Positions 1 through 9,953 of a stretch of DNA of 64,000 bases are shown here, piece by piece. The DNA lies in assembly GCA_964629785.1 (NCBI GenBank), contig CAZVRU010000001.1, positions 34,018 through 98,017 on the forward strand, given 5' to 3'. The notes under the pieces are model-generated. The model saw nothing but the letters and a program-made list of their open reading frames with translations, was not told the origin of the DNA and did not search any database. This DNA is from an uncultured Planctomycetia bacterium. Its GTDB lineage: Bacteria > Omnitrophota > Gorgyraeia > Duberdicusellales > 4484-171. A program made the position numbers and the translations under genes. Each line of letters opens with the position of its first letter. The first letter of the stretch is position 1.

Positions 1-2902
1 GAGAAGAGGCATAATTATCGCTGAGAGTGTTTTTTTCTTTCTCCAGTACTTTTATCTTTTCTCCAGCCAGAGATATTTCTTTTTCCGACTGATCATGATA
101 TTGTCTGATCTCATCATTAAGAGCCTCGATTACCCGGGCCTGGTCGTCGCGCAGAGAAGAGAGCTTCTCGTTCTCGCCGGAAAGCGAATCAGCCCGGGAC
201 TGAAGACCGGACAGCTGTCGGTCCATGTCTTTTACCTGCTGTTCCAGCCTGCGGTTGGCATCATCAAGATTTTTTACCCGCTGTTCAGACTGAACGGCTT
301 TGCCCTGAGTAGCAGCCAGTGCCTCAGTAAGCTCGTTGTTCCTGGCATTCTGTTCGGCAATAAGTTTTTCTGCCTCAGCCAGGTCCTTTCCCGACTTATC
401 TGCAACCGTTTGAATCTCCTGGTTTTCCTGTTGCAAATCATTATACGAAGCAGCCAGAGCAGTATTCTGCTCAGTCAGCGATCGGATTTCTTTTTGCAGC
501 CCGGCAGACTGCTGCCCGGCTGCCTGGGCCGCATCGCGGGCCTGGGCCAGTCCATTCTCCAGATCCTCTATCTTTTCCCTATACTCCCGAAGGGAATCGT
601 TGAGAGCTTCTATTTCCCGGGTAAATTTTTCTTCTGTCCTGGTATCACGGCGGGCCAGACGATTTCTGAAAGTTTCGACTTCTTTTTCCAGTTTGCTCAA
701 TTCCCGATCCTTACGGATAATTTCTTTTTCATAGGCCTCTTTTTCATCAGCCGCGGCTCTGGCTGTTTTATGGCTGCTTTCAGTTGCATCACTGATTTCC
801 TGGGCCAGACGATCCCTTTCCTGCGCCAGGGCGCTGTTTTCGGTACGCAAAGAATCTCTTTCTTTGACCAGCCCGTCTGCTTCATCTTTAAAATTTTCAT
901 TCCGCGATACGATTTCTCTATTGGTCTGCAAGGCTTCTTCCAGTGAAGTCTGATAGCCCTCCAGGGAAGAGGCCATTTCTTTGATCTTTTGCTGGAACTG
1001 AAGATTATCGTTCGTCAGCTTTTGATTATCTTTTTCCAGAGAAGCCAAACGTAAATTCATCTCCCTGACTGTTTTTTGATCTACGGTGTTCTTCTCGACC
1101 TCGGACTGCAGGACATCTCTCTGCTTTACGACCTCATCCCTGGCCTTCTGAACATCCCGGATCTGCTGCAGACCTTCTTTCTGCTGGGTCACCAGAAGGA
1201 ATTTTTCTCCCTGCAAAGCTTTTATCTGTTCTTTCAGGCTGTCGACCTCTGTCTTAAGCACAGCATTATTTTCATTGCTTTCCTGCAAAGCGTTATCGCT
1301 GCTGCTGAAACGTTTCTCGTTAGAAGCGAGCGTAGAGACCAACTTGTTTTTTTCCCTGTTCAAAGATTCTGCTTCCCGCAATAATTCTTCTTTTTCATTC
1401 TGCAGAAAATCGACTGTTTTTTCCAGAAATTCCACGGTCTCTCTCTGTTCCTGCAACTCACCGGAGAGATTATTTCTTTCTTTAACCAGCTGCGCGCTCC
1501 TGGCATCACTTTCATCACAGGCTTTTTGCAGACGGACGATCTCTTCGCCGGTCTGATCCTGCACTGCAGCCAGTTTTTGTTCATACTCCTGCAGGCGGGT
1601 CAGCAGGGACTGCCGCTCTTCTTCATACCGGGCCGTATCTCCTGCCTGGGAAACGGCTTCTTTATATTCGGCTACAGTATCCTGCAATTCAGCATTAGCC
1701 TTCTGCTGCCGGCTGAGCTGTTTTTCCAGTTCGGCAACGCGTCCGGCCATATCCTGTTCGGTTCGCCGGGCAGCAGCCCGCTCCTCTTTTGCTGTCGTGA
1801 GCGAATGTTCATACTCTGAGATATCCTCTTTTAATTCACTAATTTCTTTTTCCAGAACTTTTTTACCGGCAAAGTCGGCCCCGGAGGGAGCGATTTTATA
1901 AGCGGCTATTTCCCGGTCCTGCTCGCTGACCCGGCGACGCAACGAATCGTTCTCGACACGCAGCTGTCGCAGAGCTTCGGAAAGACGGTTGATCTCGTCA
2001 ACGGCCTGGGTCGAAGAAACACTTTCTGTCTCACCCAGAATATCGATAGCTTTCTGCAAAGACCCGATCTTTTGTTCGAAATCGCTTATGGTACGTTCAT
2101 ACCCTTCATTGTCCTGCCGTAACCGGGAAACATCTTCCCGGGCCTGTTGCCAGGACTGTTTATATTTCTCTGCTTCGGCCTGAATTTTTTTTCTTTCCTC
2201 ATCGAATTGGCTGCGCAATGCCGATTCGGATTCAATAGCCTGGCGGGAGACCCGCTGTTTAAGGGTCCGGACCTGCGACTCATAGGCTCTTTCTTTTTCC
2301 TTGGCATCCATGATATTCTTCTGAATGCGGCTGTCTTTTTCCAGAAGATAATCTTTAAGGCGGGCTATTTCCTGATTAAGGAATTCCAGCTGACGTATGT
2401 ATTTCGCTTCCTGGCTCTGAGCATCACCGGCTTTCTGGGTCAGCGACCTCTGTTCGGTCTGAAGAGCAGCCAGAGCATCACGAAGCTCGTTTATGGTGTT
2501 CTGGTATTTTTCTTCACGCCGGGCGGCCTGATCGAACTCTTCGTTCAATTCATCCAGATTCTTTTTATACTGATCGAGAGTTCCCTGGAGAATCGATTTT
2601 TCTCTTTCCAAAGCACTTTTTTCCAGAGAATATTTTTCTTCAAGCACATTTTTATACTCATTGAGCTGCTTCTGAAGCGACCTGTTCTCGGCTTTGGCTT
2701 TAGCCAGGTCATTGAGGGCGCGGTCAAGCGATTTCTGGACCAACCCTTCCAGAACAGTGGTCAAGGAATCGGATGTCTCGGCTGACGGCTCCTGAGCCGA
2801 CAGACAAGCCGGATATAAAAAAACAGCCGTAACCAGAACAGCAACGACTCCGATAATACCCAATACCTGCGATACTTTTTGTGACAAGTAATACTGTTTC
2901 AT
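1..2902 (-). CDS. Very large coiled-coil protein with an N-terminal signal peptide or membrane anchor. The C-terminus runs off the window (more than 967 codons visible).
   Basis: Absent from the ORF track because no stop codon lies inside the window. ATG at 2902-2900 is preceded by GAAAGGGG (rc of 2909-2916). Hand translation gives MKQYYLSQKVSQVLGIIGVVAVLVTAVFLYPACLSAQEPS, followed by E/K/Q/L/R-rich sequence. I checked segments TVLEGLVQKSLDRALNDLA (2758-2702) and KIKVLEKEKNTLSDNYASS (58-2). No stop-bounded minus ORF in this frame is listed for 1-2902. The plus-strand ORFs here are L/F/S/Q-rich mirror images. Confidence 0.8.
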   Translation of the reverse strand, partial: MKQYYLSQKVSQVLGIIGVVAVLVTAVFLYPACLSAQEPSAETSDSLTTVLEGLVQKSLDRALNDLAKAKAENRSLQKQLNEYKNVLEEKYSLEKSALEREKSILQGTLDQYKKNLDELNEEFDQAARREEKYQNTINELRDALAALQTEQRSLTQKAGDAQSQEAKYIRQLEFLNQEIARLKDYLLEKDSRIQKNIMDAKEKERAYESQVRTLKQRVSRQAIESESALRSQFDEERKKIQAEAEKYKQSWQQAREDVSRLRQDNEGYERTISDFEQKIGSLQKAIDILGETESVSSTQAVDEINRLSEALRQLRVENDSLRRRVSEQDREIAAYKIAPSGADFAGKKVLEKEISELKEDISEYEHSLTTAKEERAAARRTEQDMAGRVAELEKQLSRQQKANAELQDTVAEYKEAVSQAGDTARYEEERQSLLTRLQEYEQKLAAVQDQTGEEIVRLQKACDESDARSAQLVKERNNLSGELQEQRETVEFLEKTVDFLQNEKEELLREAESLNREKNKLVSTLASNEKRFSSSDNALQESNENNAVLKTEVDSLKEQIKALQGEKFLLVTQQKEGLQQIRDVQKARDEVVKQRDVLQSEVEKNTVDQKTVREMNLRLASLEKDNQKLTNDNLQFQQKIKEMASSLEGYQTSLEEALQTNREIVSRNENFKDEADGLVKERDSLRTENSALAQERDRLAQEISDATESSHKTARAAADEKEAYEKEIIRKDRELSKLEKEVETFRNRLARRDTRTEEKFTREIEALNDSLREYREKIEDLENGLAQARDAAQAAGQQSAGLQKEIRSLTEQNTALAASYNDLQQENQEIQTVADKSGKDLAEAEKLIAEQNARNNELTEALAATQGKAVQSEQRVKNLDDANRRLEQQVKDMDRQLSGLQSRADSLSGENEKLSSLRDDQARVIEALNDEIRQYHDQSEKEISLAGEKIKVLEKEKNTLSDNYASS

Positions 2903-3064
2903 CAGCGACCCCTTTCATTCATAGAATATAATGCCTGAATCCGGTCATGATTTTGTGTCGGGACTCCCAAAAGAAAGGATAAAAACAGTGTGCTCTTTAT
3001 TTTTTCATTCATGGCGGACAGCTCTGTGCCGAATTAACCGGCACCGTAAATCATCCTTGGAAGT

Positions 3065-3092
3065 ATTGTATCGGGCATACAGATGTTGTCAA
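3065..3092 (-). promoter_or_regulatory. sigma70-like promoter upstream of the coiled-coil gene
   Basis: On the minus strand: TTGACA (3092-3087), 16 nt spacer, TACAAT (3070-3065). This is about 165 nt upstream of the ATG at 2902. Confidence 0.5.
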
Positions 3093-3133
3093 GCACGCTA
3101 ATATATAGTATTTATAGAGCAAATCCCGTATTA

Positions 3134-5305
3134 TCATTTACAGCCGGATGTCACGAACCGGTACAGCTCGAGATCAGTGGCCGCTGACAGTATCTGCTGT
3201 CTGATCCCGCTGTCAATAAGTAATTTCGATATCTCGGCCATGAACTGCAGATGCGGCTCGCTGGCAGTGCGCGGTGAAAGAATGATCACAAAAATATGGG
3301 CCGGATTGCCGTCAAGTGACTGGAAGTCAAGGCCTTCCTTTTTAACTCCTATACCCCACACCAGGCGGTTCACGGCAGCGCTTTTGGCATGCGGCAACGC
3401 CACACCGTCCTGCATGCCGGTAGACACGCTTGCCTCTCTCTCCAGCAGATCGATAAGCGCCTGCTGACGGGCATCGTCTTTGAGCTGGCCTGATCTGACC
3501 AGCAGATCCACCAGTTCTTCGATAACTTCCTGTTTACTGTTACCTTTCAGGCTCACAGTCACGGCATTGGCATTAAGAGGAGCTAAAAAGAACGGATTAG
3601 GTCTTGTTTTCCGCTCGCCGGGGGAAAATATCTTTTTACCGACTTTTTCCTTGTCAGTAAAGGTCTGCAGATGTTTTATCACCCTTTCCAGTTCGGCGAT
3701 TACTTCATAAAATACCGTATGGACAAAAGGCACGTCTTTTTCCAGACAGTCGAAGACCAGACGTTTGGGAGTATAATTAAGGGTTATAAAGGTCTGCCCC
3801 TTACGTATCTGATAAAGGGTCTGGGGAAGGTTGATACGGTGCACATAGAACTGCTCTTCTTCAAAAGCTTCGACGACTTTGGTCAAAATAAGTTCGGCGG
3901 TTTCCGGATTGGGTGTAGGGTAGACCACCAGTTTGTGTTCGCTTTTCAAAGCCATGGTCTTGCGCATCGCCGGTTTTTTCGAACTGATCAGACGGGCCAG
4001 TATGGGCGGCGTCATCAGAGTGGTGACAAAGGCCATGATCACCACTATGCCGAAAGTATCATGCTGAATAAAACCCGAAGAAAGCCCCATAGCGGCAATG
4101 ATCAGGGCCACCTCGCCGCGCGGCACCATGCCCACGCCGATACGCAGAGCGCCGTGCGGGGTAAAGTTCAAAAACAATGCCGGTACACTGCAGCCCAGGA
4201 GCTTACCGAGAATAGCGGCAACGATATAGATCATGGCGAAAAGAACTATCGGTCCCGAAACTACCTCGTGAAAATCCACCATCATGCCCATCACGCAGAA
4301 AAACACCGGTACAAAAAACCTGTACAGCGGCGCGATATTTTCCTGGATAGTAAATGAAAGGTCGGTCTTGGACAAAGACAGGCCCATGATATAGGCACCG
4401 ATGACCAGGGCCAGGCCTGATTTCTCGAATATGCCGGCCAGAAAAAGAGCACAGGCAAAGCTCATTACGGCTATCGAAGTGCTGTCTTTGGCCTTTTTCA
4501 GCAATTCGCTTATCCGGGGAGAAAAAACAAGGCCGATAGCAGTAAAACCCAGCCATATGGCTATCGCTTTTAAAGAAATAACGCCTACCTGTCGCCAGGC
4601 CACATGACCGCTTTTGATGATCCCCACTACTATGGCCAGAACGATTATTCCCAGCACATCGTCGATGACTGCCGCGGAAAGGATAGTAACTCCTTCGGGA
4701 GAGTTCATCTTGCGTTTTTCCGACAGTATCCGGGCTGAAATACTGACCGAAGTGGCCACTGATATGACACCCAGGAACATAGCCACCGGGTGGGAAAACC
4801 CGTAGCGAACTCCGAAAAATAAAGGCGAAAAAAGTACTACTGCGCCGGCGCCGAGAATAAAACTGACCAGCAGTCCTCCCATCCCGACCAGAAAACCGGT
4901 AAAGGAAAGGCTCAAAAACATCTCGATATCGGTTTCCAGTCCCACCAGAAAAAGAAGGATTATTGAAGCGATGGTAGTAAAACTGTAAAGCTCGAAAGAG
5001 ACCGGCAACAGGGGATGAACCGGGAACAACCCCTCAGGGAACCCGGGCAAAGCCAGAGTGCCGAGTACTGACGGACCGATGATCACGCCGGTGATTATCT
5101 CCCCCAGTAATGCCGGGAATCCCATTTTCTCCGAAGCCAGACCGCCCAGACGGGCAGTAAATAAAATAATGCTCAGTTGGAAAACAAAAATCGCCATTTT
5201 GGCGGGTATATCCTCGGCCAGGGATTGTTCCTGGGCTTGCGCCGAAAATATCCAGAAAGCAACTACCAGAAAAAAAATTAATCCAACAGCGGTCTTTTTT
5301 GTCAT
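3134..5305 (-). CDS. Cation:proton antiporter (CPA2/Kef-like membrane domain) fused to a C-terminal PTS EIIA type-2 (PtsN/EIIA-Ntr-like) domain
   Basis: 723 aa. The N-terminus is signal-like (MTKKTAVGLIFFLVVAFWIFSAQAQE) and is followed by a polytopic Na_H_exchanger-like region of about 400 aa. The C-terminal ~150 aa carry the EIIA-2 signature GMQDGVALPHAKS (His639 codon at 3389-3391) and HIFVIILSP. Confidence 0.8.
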   Translation of the reverse strand: MTKKTAVGLIFFLVVAFWIFSAQAQEQSLAEDIPAKMAIFVFQLSIILFTARLGGLASEKMGFPALLGEIITGVIIGPSVLGTLALPGFPEGLFPVHPLLPVSFELYSFTTIASIILLFLVGLETDIEMFLSLSFTGFLVGMGGLLVSFILGAGAVVLFSPLFFGVRYGFSHPVAMFLGVISVATSVSISARILSEKRKMNSPEGVTILSAAVIDDVLGIIVLAIVVGIIKSGHVAWRQVGVISLKAIAIWLGFTAIGLVFSPRISELLKKAKDSTSIAVMSFACALFLAGIFEKSGLALVIGAYIMGLSLSKTDLSFTIQENIAPLYRFFVPVFFCVMGMMVDFHEVVSGPIVLFAMIYIVAAILGKLLGCSVPALFLNFTPHGALRIGVGMVPRGEVALIIAAMGLSSGFIQHDTFGIVVIMAFVTTLMTPPILARLISSKKPAMRKTMALKSEHKLVVYPTPNPETAELILTKVVEAFEEEQFYVHRINLPQTLYQIRKGQTFITLNYTPKRLVFDCLEKDVPFVHTVFYEVIAELERVIKHLQTFTDKEKVGKKIFSPGERKTRPNPFFLAPLNANAVTVSLKGNSKQEVIEELVDLLVRSGQLKDDARQQALIDLLEREASVSTGMQDGVALPHAKSAAVNRLVWGIGVKKEGLDFQSLDGNPAHIFVIILSPRTASEPHLQFMAEISKLLIDSGIRQQILSAATDLELYRFVTSGCK

Positions 5306-5399
5306 GGCAAACCTTATCCTGATTTAGGATAATTATTATACTATCTTTCGCCCGCTACAAAAACAAAAAAAAAGAGGCAGATCATCTGACTACGAAGTT

Positions 5400-6176
5400 T
5401 TACAATCTTACCGTCATCCCGACCGGACAGTGATCCGAACCATACACATCAGCGGCAATGAAAGCATCCTCTACCCGGGAAAGAAAAGTCCGGCTGATGA
5501 AAAAATAATCGATACGCCAGCCTACGTTACGCCGGCGGGCAGCGGATTTAAGGTCCCACCAGGTATATTCGGCGATTTGGGGATGAAGAAAGCGAAAAGT
5601 ATCGGCCAGGCCGGCATCGATAAAGCGGTCGATCCAGATTCGCTCTTCCGGAAGAAACCCGGACAGGTTACTGTTTTCCCGGGGACGGGCCAGGTCTATC
5701 TCCTGATGCGCGGTATTCAGATCGCCGCAGAGAATAAAAACCTTTTTTTTATCTGTTCTGCTGTAACGTTTATACAACTCGAAAAACTCCTGATAAAAAC
5801 CCATCTTATAGCGGAGACGTTCGGGGCTTAGTTTACCGTTGGGAAAATATACTGCGGCAAAAACAAAAGAAGGATATTCAAGTATCAGGGTCCTGCCTTC
5901 CCGGTCATAAAGCGGATTACCCAGTCCGGAAATCACCGAGACCGGTTTTTTCCGGGAAAACACGGCTACCCCGCTGTATCCTTTACGTTCGGCACTGACC
6001 CAGTACCCATGATATCCCGGCGGCTGACGCAGAAAATCCGAAACCTGTTCCGGCGAGGCTTTTGTCTCCTGGACTGCCAGGATATCCGGCTGCTGACGGA
6101 AAAACCAGTCCCGGAACCCCTTTTTTTCGATGGCCCGGATACCGTTCACATTCCAGGAGAAAAAGCGGTAAAGCAT
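5400..6176 (-). CDS. xth: Exodeoxyribonuclease III (AP endonuclease, EEP family)
   Basis: 258 aa. Motifs include SWNVNGIRA near the N-terminus, QETK, LCGDLNTAH, and a C-terminal SDHCPV. Confidence 0.9.
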   Translation of the reverse strand: MLYRFFSWNVNGIRAIEKKGFRDWFFRQQPDILAVQETKASPEQVSDFLRQPPGYHGYWVSAERKGYSGVAVFSRKKPVSVISGLGNPLYDREGRTLILEYPSFVFAAVYFPNGKLSPERLRYKMGFYQEFFELYKRYSRTDKKKVFILCGDLNTAHQEIDLARPRENSNLSGFLPEERIWIDRFIDAGLADTFRFLHPQIAEYTWWDLKSAARRRNVGWRIDYFFISRTFLSRVEDAFIAADVYGSDHCPVGMTVRL

Positions 6177-6213
6177 GGTTGATAAGCGGAAATAACCTGC
6201 GCCGGCCGTTTTT

Positions 6214-7599
6214 TCAGCGGCCCGCCGAATCGGTTTTTATCTTGAATTTGCTGACCATTGCCTCTAATTCCAGGGCAAGGTTGGTAAGTTCCTGTGCTGA
6301 AGCAGCCATCTCCTGCATCGAAGCCATCTGCTCCTGGGTAGTAGAGGAAACCTGCTGAGCCTCGGCCGCTGAGCTATGCGCTGTTTTGGTGATCTCATCA
6401 ATAGACTGAACCACCCTTTCCACCTCGCTGATCCGGGCATTGCCGGTCTGCGAAATATTAGCCGAAAAAGTGGATACTGCGGCGACATTGGAATTGATAT
6501 CGTTCAAAGCCTGGGCAATACGCAAAACCGATGATTTACCTTCTTCGACTTCCCGGGAACTTTCCTCGATCGCATTTACTGCCCGGTGACTTTCGTTCTG
6601 GATGGATTTTATCAATCCGGCTACTTTGCGCACTGAGTCAGCCGAGCTCTCGGATAATTTACGCACTTCTTCGGCCACTACTGAAAAGCCCCGCCCGGCC
6701 TCTCCGGCCCGGGCTGCTTCGATAGCCGCGTTAAGGGCCAGGAGATTGGTCTGTTCGGCAATTATATTTATGGTCTCGATGATCTCGCCGATCTGAAGAG
6801 AAAACTGGCCCAGTTCCTGGATGACCGAACTGGTTTCGGCAACAGTATGAGTAAGTTTGGCTATTTTATCCACGGCCTGAGCTGCGGTGTTTTTGCCCGA
6901 ATAGGCATTTTTACTGGTAAGACCGACTGCCTCGCTCGTCGATTGTGCGTCTTTGACCACCTGCTTAAAACTTTCGGCGGTCTTTTCCATGACTGAGAAG
7001 GTATCGTTGATCTTTTCGGCCTGGATCACAGCCCCCTGGCTGACCTTTACCAGAGCCCGGGAAATTTCCTGGGTAGAAGAGCTCAACTCCTGGGTATTGG
7101 AAAACAAGCCCTGAACCTGACGCACTACCTGATCAGAAGTAAGCCGGACCTGCAGTATCATATCGCGCAGACTGCGGGTCATACGGTTGAAGGCCCGGCC
7201 CAGCTCGCCTATTTCATCGCTGCTGAACTCGTCGATACTGTGTTCGATATCTCCCTGAGCTACTTTTTCCATACTGCGGCTTACCCTTAGCACAGCCCGG
7301 CTCAAACTTCGTCCCACAGTAAGGGCTGTCAGGACTACCGCCGGGATTATGATAATTCCGGCAACGGCTAAATCCCTCTGTAATCTGGAAAAAACCTTTT
7401 TGGCCCCGTATATTTGCTCATCGGATTTGTCTTCGCCAGGAGAAACCGTTTTGCTGAAATAACTGGAAGAAGAAATCGCTTCCTGATGCTGCGCAGTGCC
7501 GGCCATCTGGATATGAACGGCGACGATAATAAAAAAGGTGGCCAGAGGCAAAAGCGCCGCAGCAGTACTGACCATCAATATCTTCGGGGTTATCCGCAT
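6214..7599 (-). CDS. Methyl-accepting chemotaxis protein (two TM segments, short outer loop, HAMP, MCP signalling domain)
   Basis: 461 aa. Carries the highly conserved hairpin-tip motif [32 protein letters not shown], a HAMP-like segment around [25 protein letters not shown], and an AAAGGAA Shine-Dalgarno sequence before the ATG. Confidence 0.9.
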   Translation of the reverse strand: MRITPKILMVSTAAALLPLATFFIIVAVHIQMAGTAQHQEAISSSSYFSKTVSPGEDKSDEQIYGAKKVFSRLQRDLAVAGIIIIPAVVLTALTVGRSLSRAVLRVSRSMEKVAQGDIEHSIDEFSSDEIGELGRAFNRMTRSLRDMILQVRLTSDQVVRQVQGLFSNTQELSSSTQEISRALVKVSQGAVIQAEKINDTFSVMEKTAESFKQVVKDAQSTSEAVGLTSKNAYSGKNTAAQAVDKIAKLTHTVAETSSVIQELGQFSLQIGEIIETINIIAEQTNLLALNAAIEAARAGEAGRGFSVVAEEVRKLSESSADSVRKVAGLIKSIQNESHRAVNAIEESSREVEEGKSSVLRIAQALNDINSNVAAVSTFSANISQTGNARISEVERVVQSIDEITKTAHSSAAEAQQVSSTTQEQMASMQEMAASAQELTNLALELEAMVSKFKIKTDSAGR

Positions 7600-7645
7600 C
7601 TAAAATTCCTTTTCTGAAAAAACGCAGACTATAGCCAGTCCCGGT

Positions 7646-8017
7646 TCAGGCCGGCTGAAGGTCATATTCACGAACCAGAAAACCGGATCTTAACCGTATC
7701 TTTTTAGCGCTGAGCCGGCCGGCGATCTCTTGCAGCACATTGCTTTTGTTGTAGTCGCAGATGATCACGGCAAAAGCCTCAGACAGGCAGCGGGAAGGGA
7801 TTCTGTCCAGAAAACGGGACACAATCGAAGGAAGCCCCCAGTAATAAGCCGGCGATATAATACCGACCTGTTCGACCTCATATTCAGGAAAAGCTTCGAT
7901 GGCTATCTGGATGGAAACCGCCCGGACGTCTTTTATCTCTGCGGCAAGCTTTGCCGCAGCAGAAACAGAACGCTGGTCACGGGAATAATAGCACAATAAC
8001 GTGGCCATTCGCAACAT
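7646..8017 (-). CDS. Small flavodoxin-fold-like protein with a divergent FMN loop
   Basis: 123 aa. LLCYYSRDQRS and GIISPAYYWGLPSIVSRFLDRI resemble the flavodoxin-family patterns (YYSxTGNT and SPvYwgglp..vk.Fldr). A GAGAGGAA Shine-Dalgarno sequence is present. Confidence 0.45.
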   Translation of the reverse strand: MLRMATLLCYYSRDQRSVSAAAKLAAEIKDVRAVSIQIAIEAFPEYEVEQVGIISPAYYWGLPSIVSRFLDRIPSRCLSEAFAVIICDYNKSNVLQEIAGRLSAKKIRLRSGFLVREYDLQPA

Positions 8018-8077
8018 TTCCTCTCTTTATCGACAATATTACCCCCCGCCGGAGCACCTTAAATTAAAGATAGTGTT

Positions 8078-8106
8078 ATTGTAACTGTTTTAAAGACCAA
8101 GGTCAA
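8078..8106 (-). promoter_or_regulatory. sigma70-like promoter for the flavodoxin-like/MCP/xth unit
   Basis: On the minus strand: TTGACC (8106-8101), 17 nt spacer, TACAAT (8083-8078). Confidence 0.45.
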
Positions 8107-8174
8107 GTATATGTGCTGTCGGGATTTAAAAAAAAGGTTCATCAGGGAAAAAAGCAAAGGGTGGGCAAAGAATA

Positions 8175-9860
8175 TCAGGAAAAGACCTCTTCCCGGCGGT
8201 CTTTCTCTTTTTTATGCGTCGTCCAGCGCATTTCGCTGAGCACGCCCTGGGCAATATTGGTAAGATGATCGCCGATCTTCTCGAAATTATCGACCAGATC
8301 AAGAAAGACGATCCCTGACTTCAGGTTGCACTGTCCGTTATTCAAACGGTTGACATGAGCTTTTTTCAGGTCGGTCTGAAGACGGTTGATGCGTTCTTCG
8401 CGCTGCAGGACGCTCTGGGCCAGGTCAAGATCGTTCTGCTGGAACGACTGCCTGGTTTCAATCATCATCCGGTGCAATTCGTCCCACATCCCGCTCAGCT
8501 CACCGCAGGCCTCGTCAGTAAAAGGGAGGTTCTCATCGACCCGGCGTTCCAGGGATTCGACGATATTTTCGGCGTGATCGCCGATCCGCTCGATATCGTT
8601 TACGCTGTGCAATAATACCGGCAATGACTCAGACTGTTCTTCGGAAAGGTTGCGCTGGGACAGTTCGATCAGATAATGGGTTATTTCCGACTGAAGATTG
8701 TCCACGGCATCTTCGATCTCATTGACCCGCCGGATCACTTTTATATTTTTTTCCAGAAAAGCTTTTACGGCCAGGGATACGGAACGCGAGGCCAGCTCCA
8801 GCATGCGGACCGACTCACGGCGGGCCTGTTCCAGAGCGATAGGCGGAGTATCGAGAAGATGTCTTTCCAGATACTGAGCGCCGGGCTCGATCGCTCCTTT
8901 GCGGGTCGGCACCAGCATCACCGACATCTTTTCCAGAAAAGACAAAAAAGGAAGAAAAATAACCGCATTGGCTACTTTAAATACGCTGTTAGCCACGGCA
9001 ATATAGAACATGATGTTCTTCAGAGTGACCGAACCGGGAATAATAAAATCGATGAACCGGACAAACCATCCGGTATAAACAAAAATAAGCATATAGGCAA
9101 CGCCGACTACATTGAACAGGGTATGGGACATCGCGGCCCGCCGGGCATTGCGGTTGGTGCCGATGGCTGCCAGCTGGGCAGTGATCGTGGTACCGATATC
9201 GCCTCCCAGTATCAATGGTATGGCCGCCGGAAAAGATATCAGTCCGTTAAAGGCCATAACCTGGATAACGGCGATAGTCGCGCTGGAGCTCTGTAAAAGC
9301 ATGGTAAAGGCCATGCCCACCACCACCCCCAGAAGCGGATCGCTGCCGAAAGAAAGAAAAAGCTGTTTTATATGCTGGCTCTGCTGCAGGGGGGCAAAAG
9401 CGTCCTTCATAAACCCCAGGCCTATGAACAACATGCCGAAACCCATAATTATCTGGCCCAATGATTTGGAATTACGGGTCTTGCCCAGAGCATTGACAAT
9501 GACCCCGATACCCACTGCCGGAAGGGCGTACTGAGTAATATTGAATACCGACATCGAAGAAACAAGCCAGGCCGTAAAGGTGGTACCGATGTTGGCACCG
9601 ATAATGACGCTGATAGCCTGGCGCAGGGCCAGAAGTCCGGCATTGACAAAACCGATGACCATTACGCTGGTAGCGCTGGAAGACTGGATAAAACAGGTGA
9701 CTGCCGCGCCGACCATAATGCCCATGAGCGGTATACGGGTCATCATATGCAGGATGTTCTTGAGACGGGTGCCGGCGATTTTTTTAAGACCGTCGGACAT
9801 TACCTGCATGCCGAAGAAAAAAAATCCCAGACCGCCGATCAGATAAAAAATCAATTGCAT
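8175..9860 (-). CDS. Na/Pi cotransporter family protein with C-terminal PhoU-like repeats (paralog 2)
   Basis: MQLIFYLIGGLGFFFFGMQVMSDGLKKIAGTRLKNIL..., two SSSAT-containing Na_Pi_cotrans repeats, and C-terminal NDIERIGDH / NFEKIGDH PhoU motifs. The ORF track starts at GTG 9869. I prefer ATG 9860 because both paralogs then begin MQLIF. Confidence 0.85.
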   Translation of the reverse strand: MQLIFYLIGGLGFFFFGMQVMSDGLKKIAGTRLKNILHMMTRIPLMGIMVGAAVTCFIQSSSATSVMVIGFVNAGLLALRQAISVIIGANIGTTFTAWLVSSMSVFNITQYALPAVGIGVIVNALGKTRNSKSLGQIIMGFGMLFIGLGFMKDAFAPLQQSQHIKQLFLSFGSDPLLGVVVGMAFTMLLQSSSATIAVIQVMAFNGLISFPAAIPLILGGDIGTTITAQLAAIGTNRNARRAAMSHTLFNVVGVAYMLIFVYTGWFVRFIDFIIPGSVTLKNIMFYIAVANSVFKVANAVIFLPFLSFLEKMSVMLVPTRKGAIEPGAQYLERHLLDTPPIALEQARRESVRMLELASRSVSLAVKAFLEKNIKVIRRVNEIEDAVDNLQSEITHYLIELSQRNLSEEQSESLPVLLHSVNDIERIGDHAENIVESLERRVDENLPFTDEACGELSGMWDELHRMMIETRQSFQQNDLDLAQSVLQREERINRLQTDLKKAHVNRLNNGQCNLKSGIVFLDLVDNFEKIGDHLTNIAQGVLSEMRWTTHKKEKDRREEVFS

Positions 9861-9953
9861 GGAAGACACCTGTGTTCAAACATTACCGGGGAAAAGAAGG
9901 CAGGAATTAACCATATTGGAAAAATATTTGAATATCCGCAATTCATTCGGGAT

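Noticed and set aside
95-2785. Plus-strand ORFs 95-946, 1076-1384, 1275-1556, 1526-1819 and 2147-2785, which look like a series of small genes.
   Set aside because: They are L/F/S/Q/I-rich mirror images of the E/K/Q/L-rich coiled-coil ORF on the minus strand. That ORF is uninterrupted from 2902 to the window edge.
2902-3012. A 36-codon upstream ORF whose TGA overlaps the coiled-coil gene ATG (TGATG).
   Set aside because: It has no Shine-Dalgarno sequence before its ATG and is too short to evaluate by composition. It is mentioned in a finding but not annotated as a gene.
5341-5399. A terminator after xth, based on a run of nine T residues on the minus strand at 5365-5373. A TATAAT at 5335-5340 was considered as the antiporter promoter.
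   Set aside because: The only helix preceding the T-run is a 4-bp CAGA/TCTG stem, and the -35 region is poor. This is too weak to report as features, although both are plausible.
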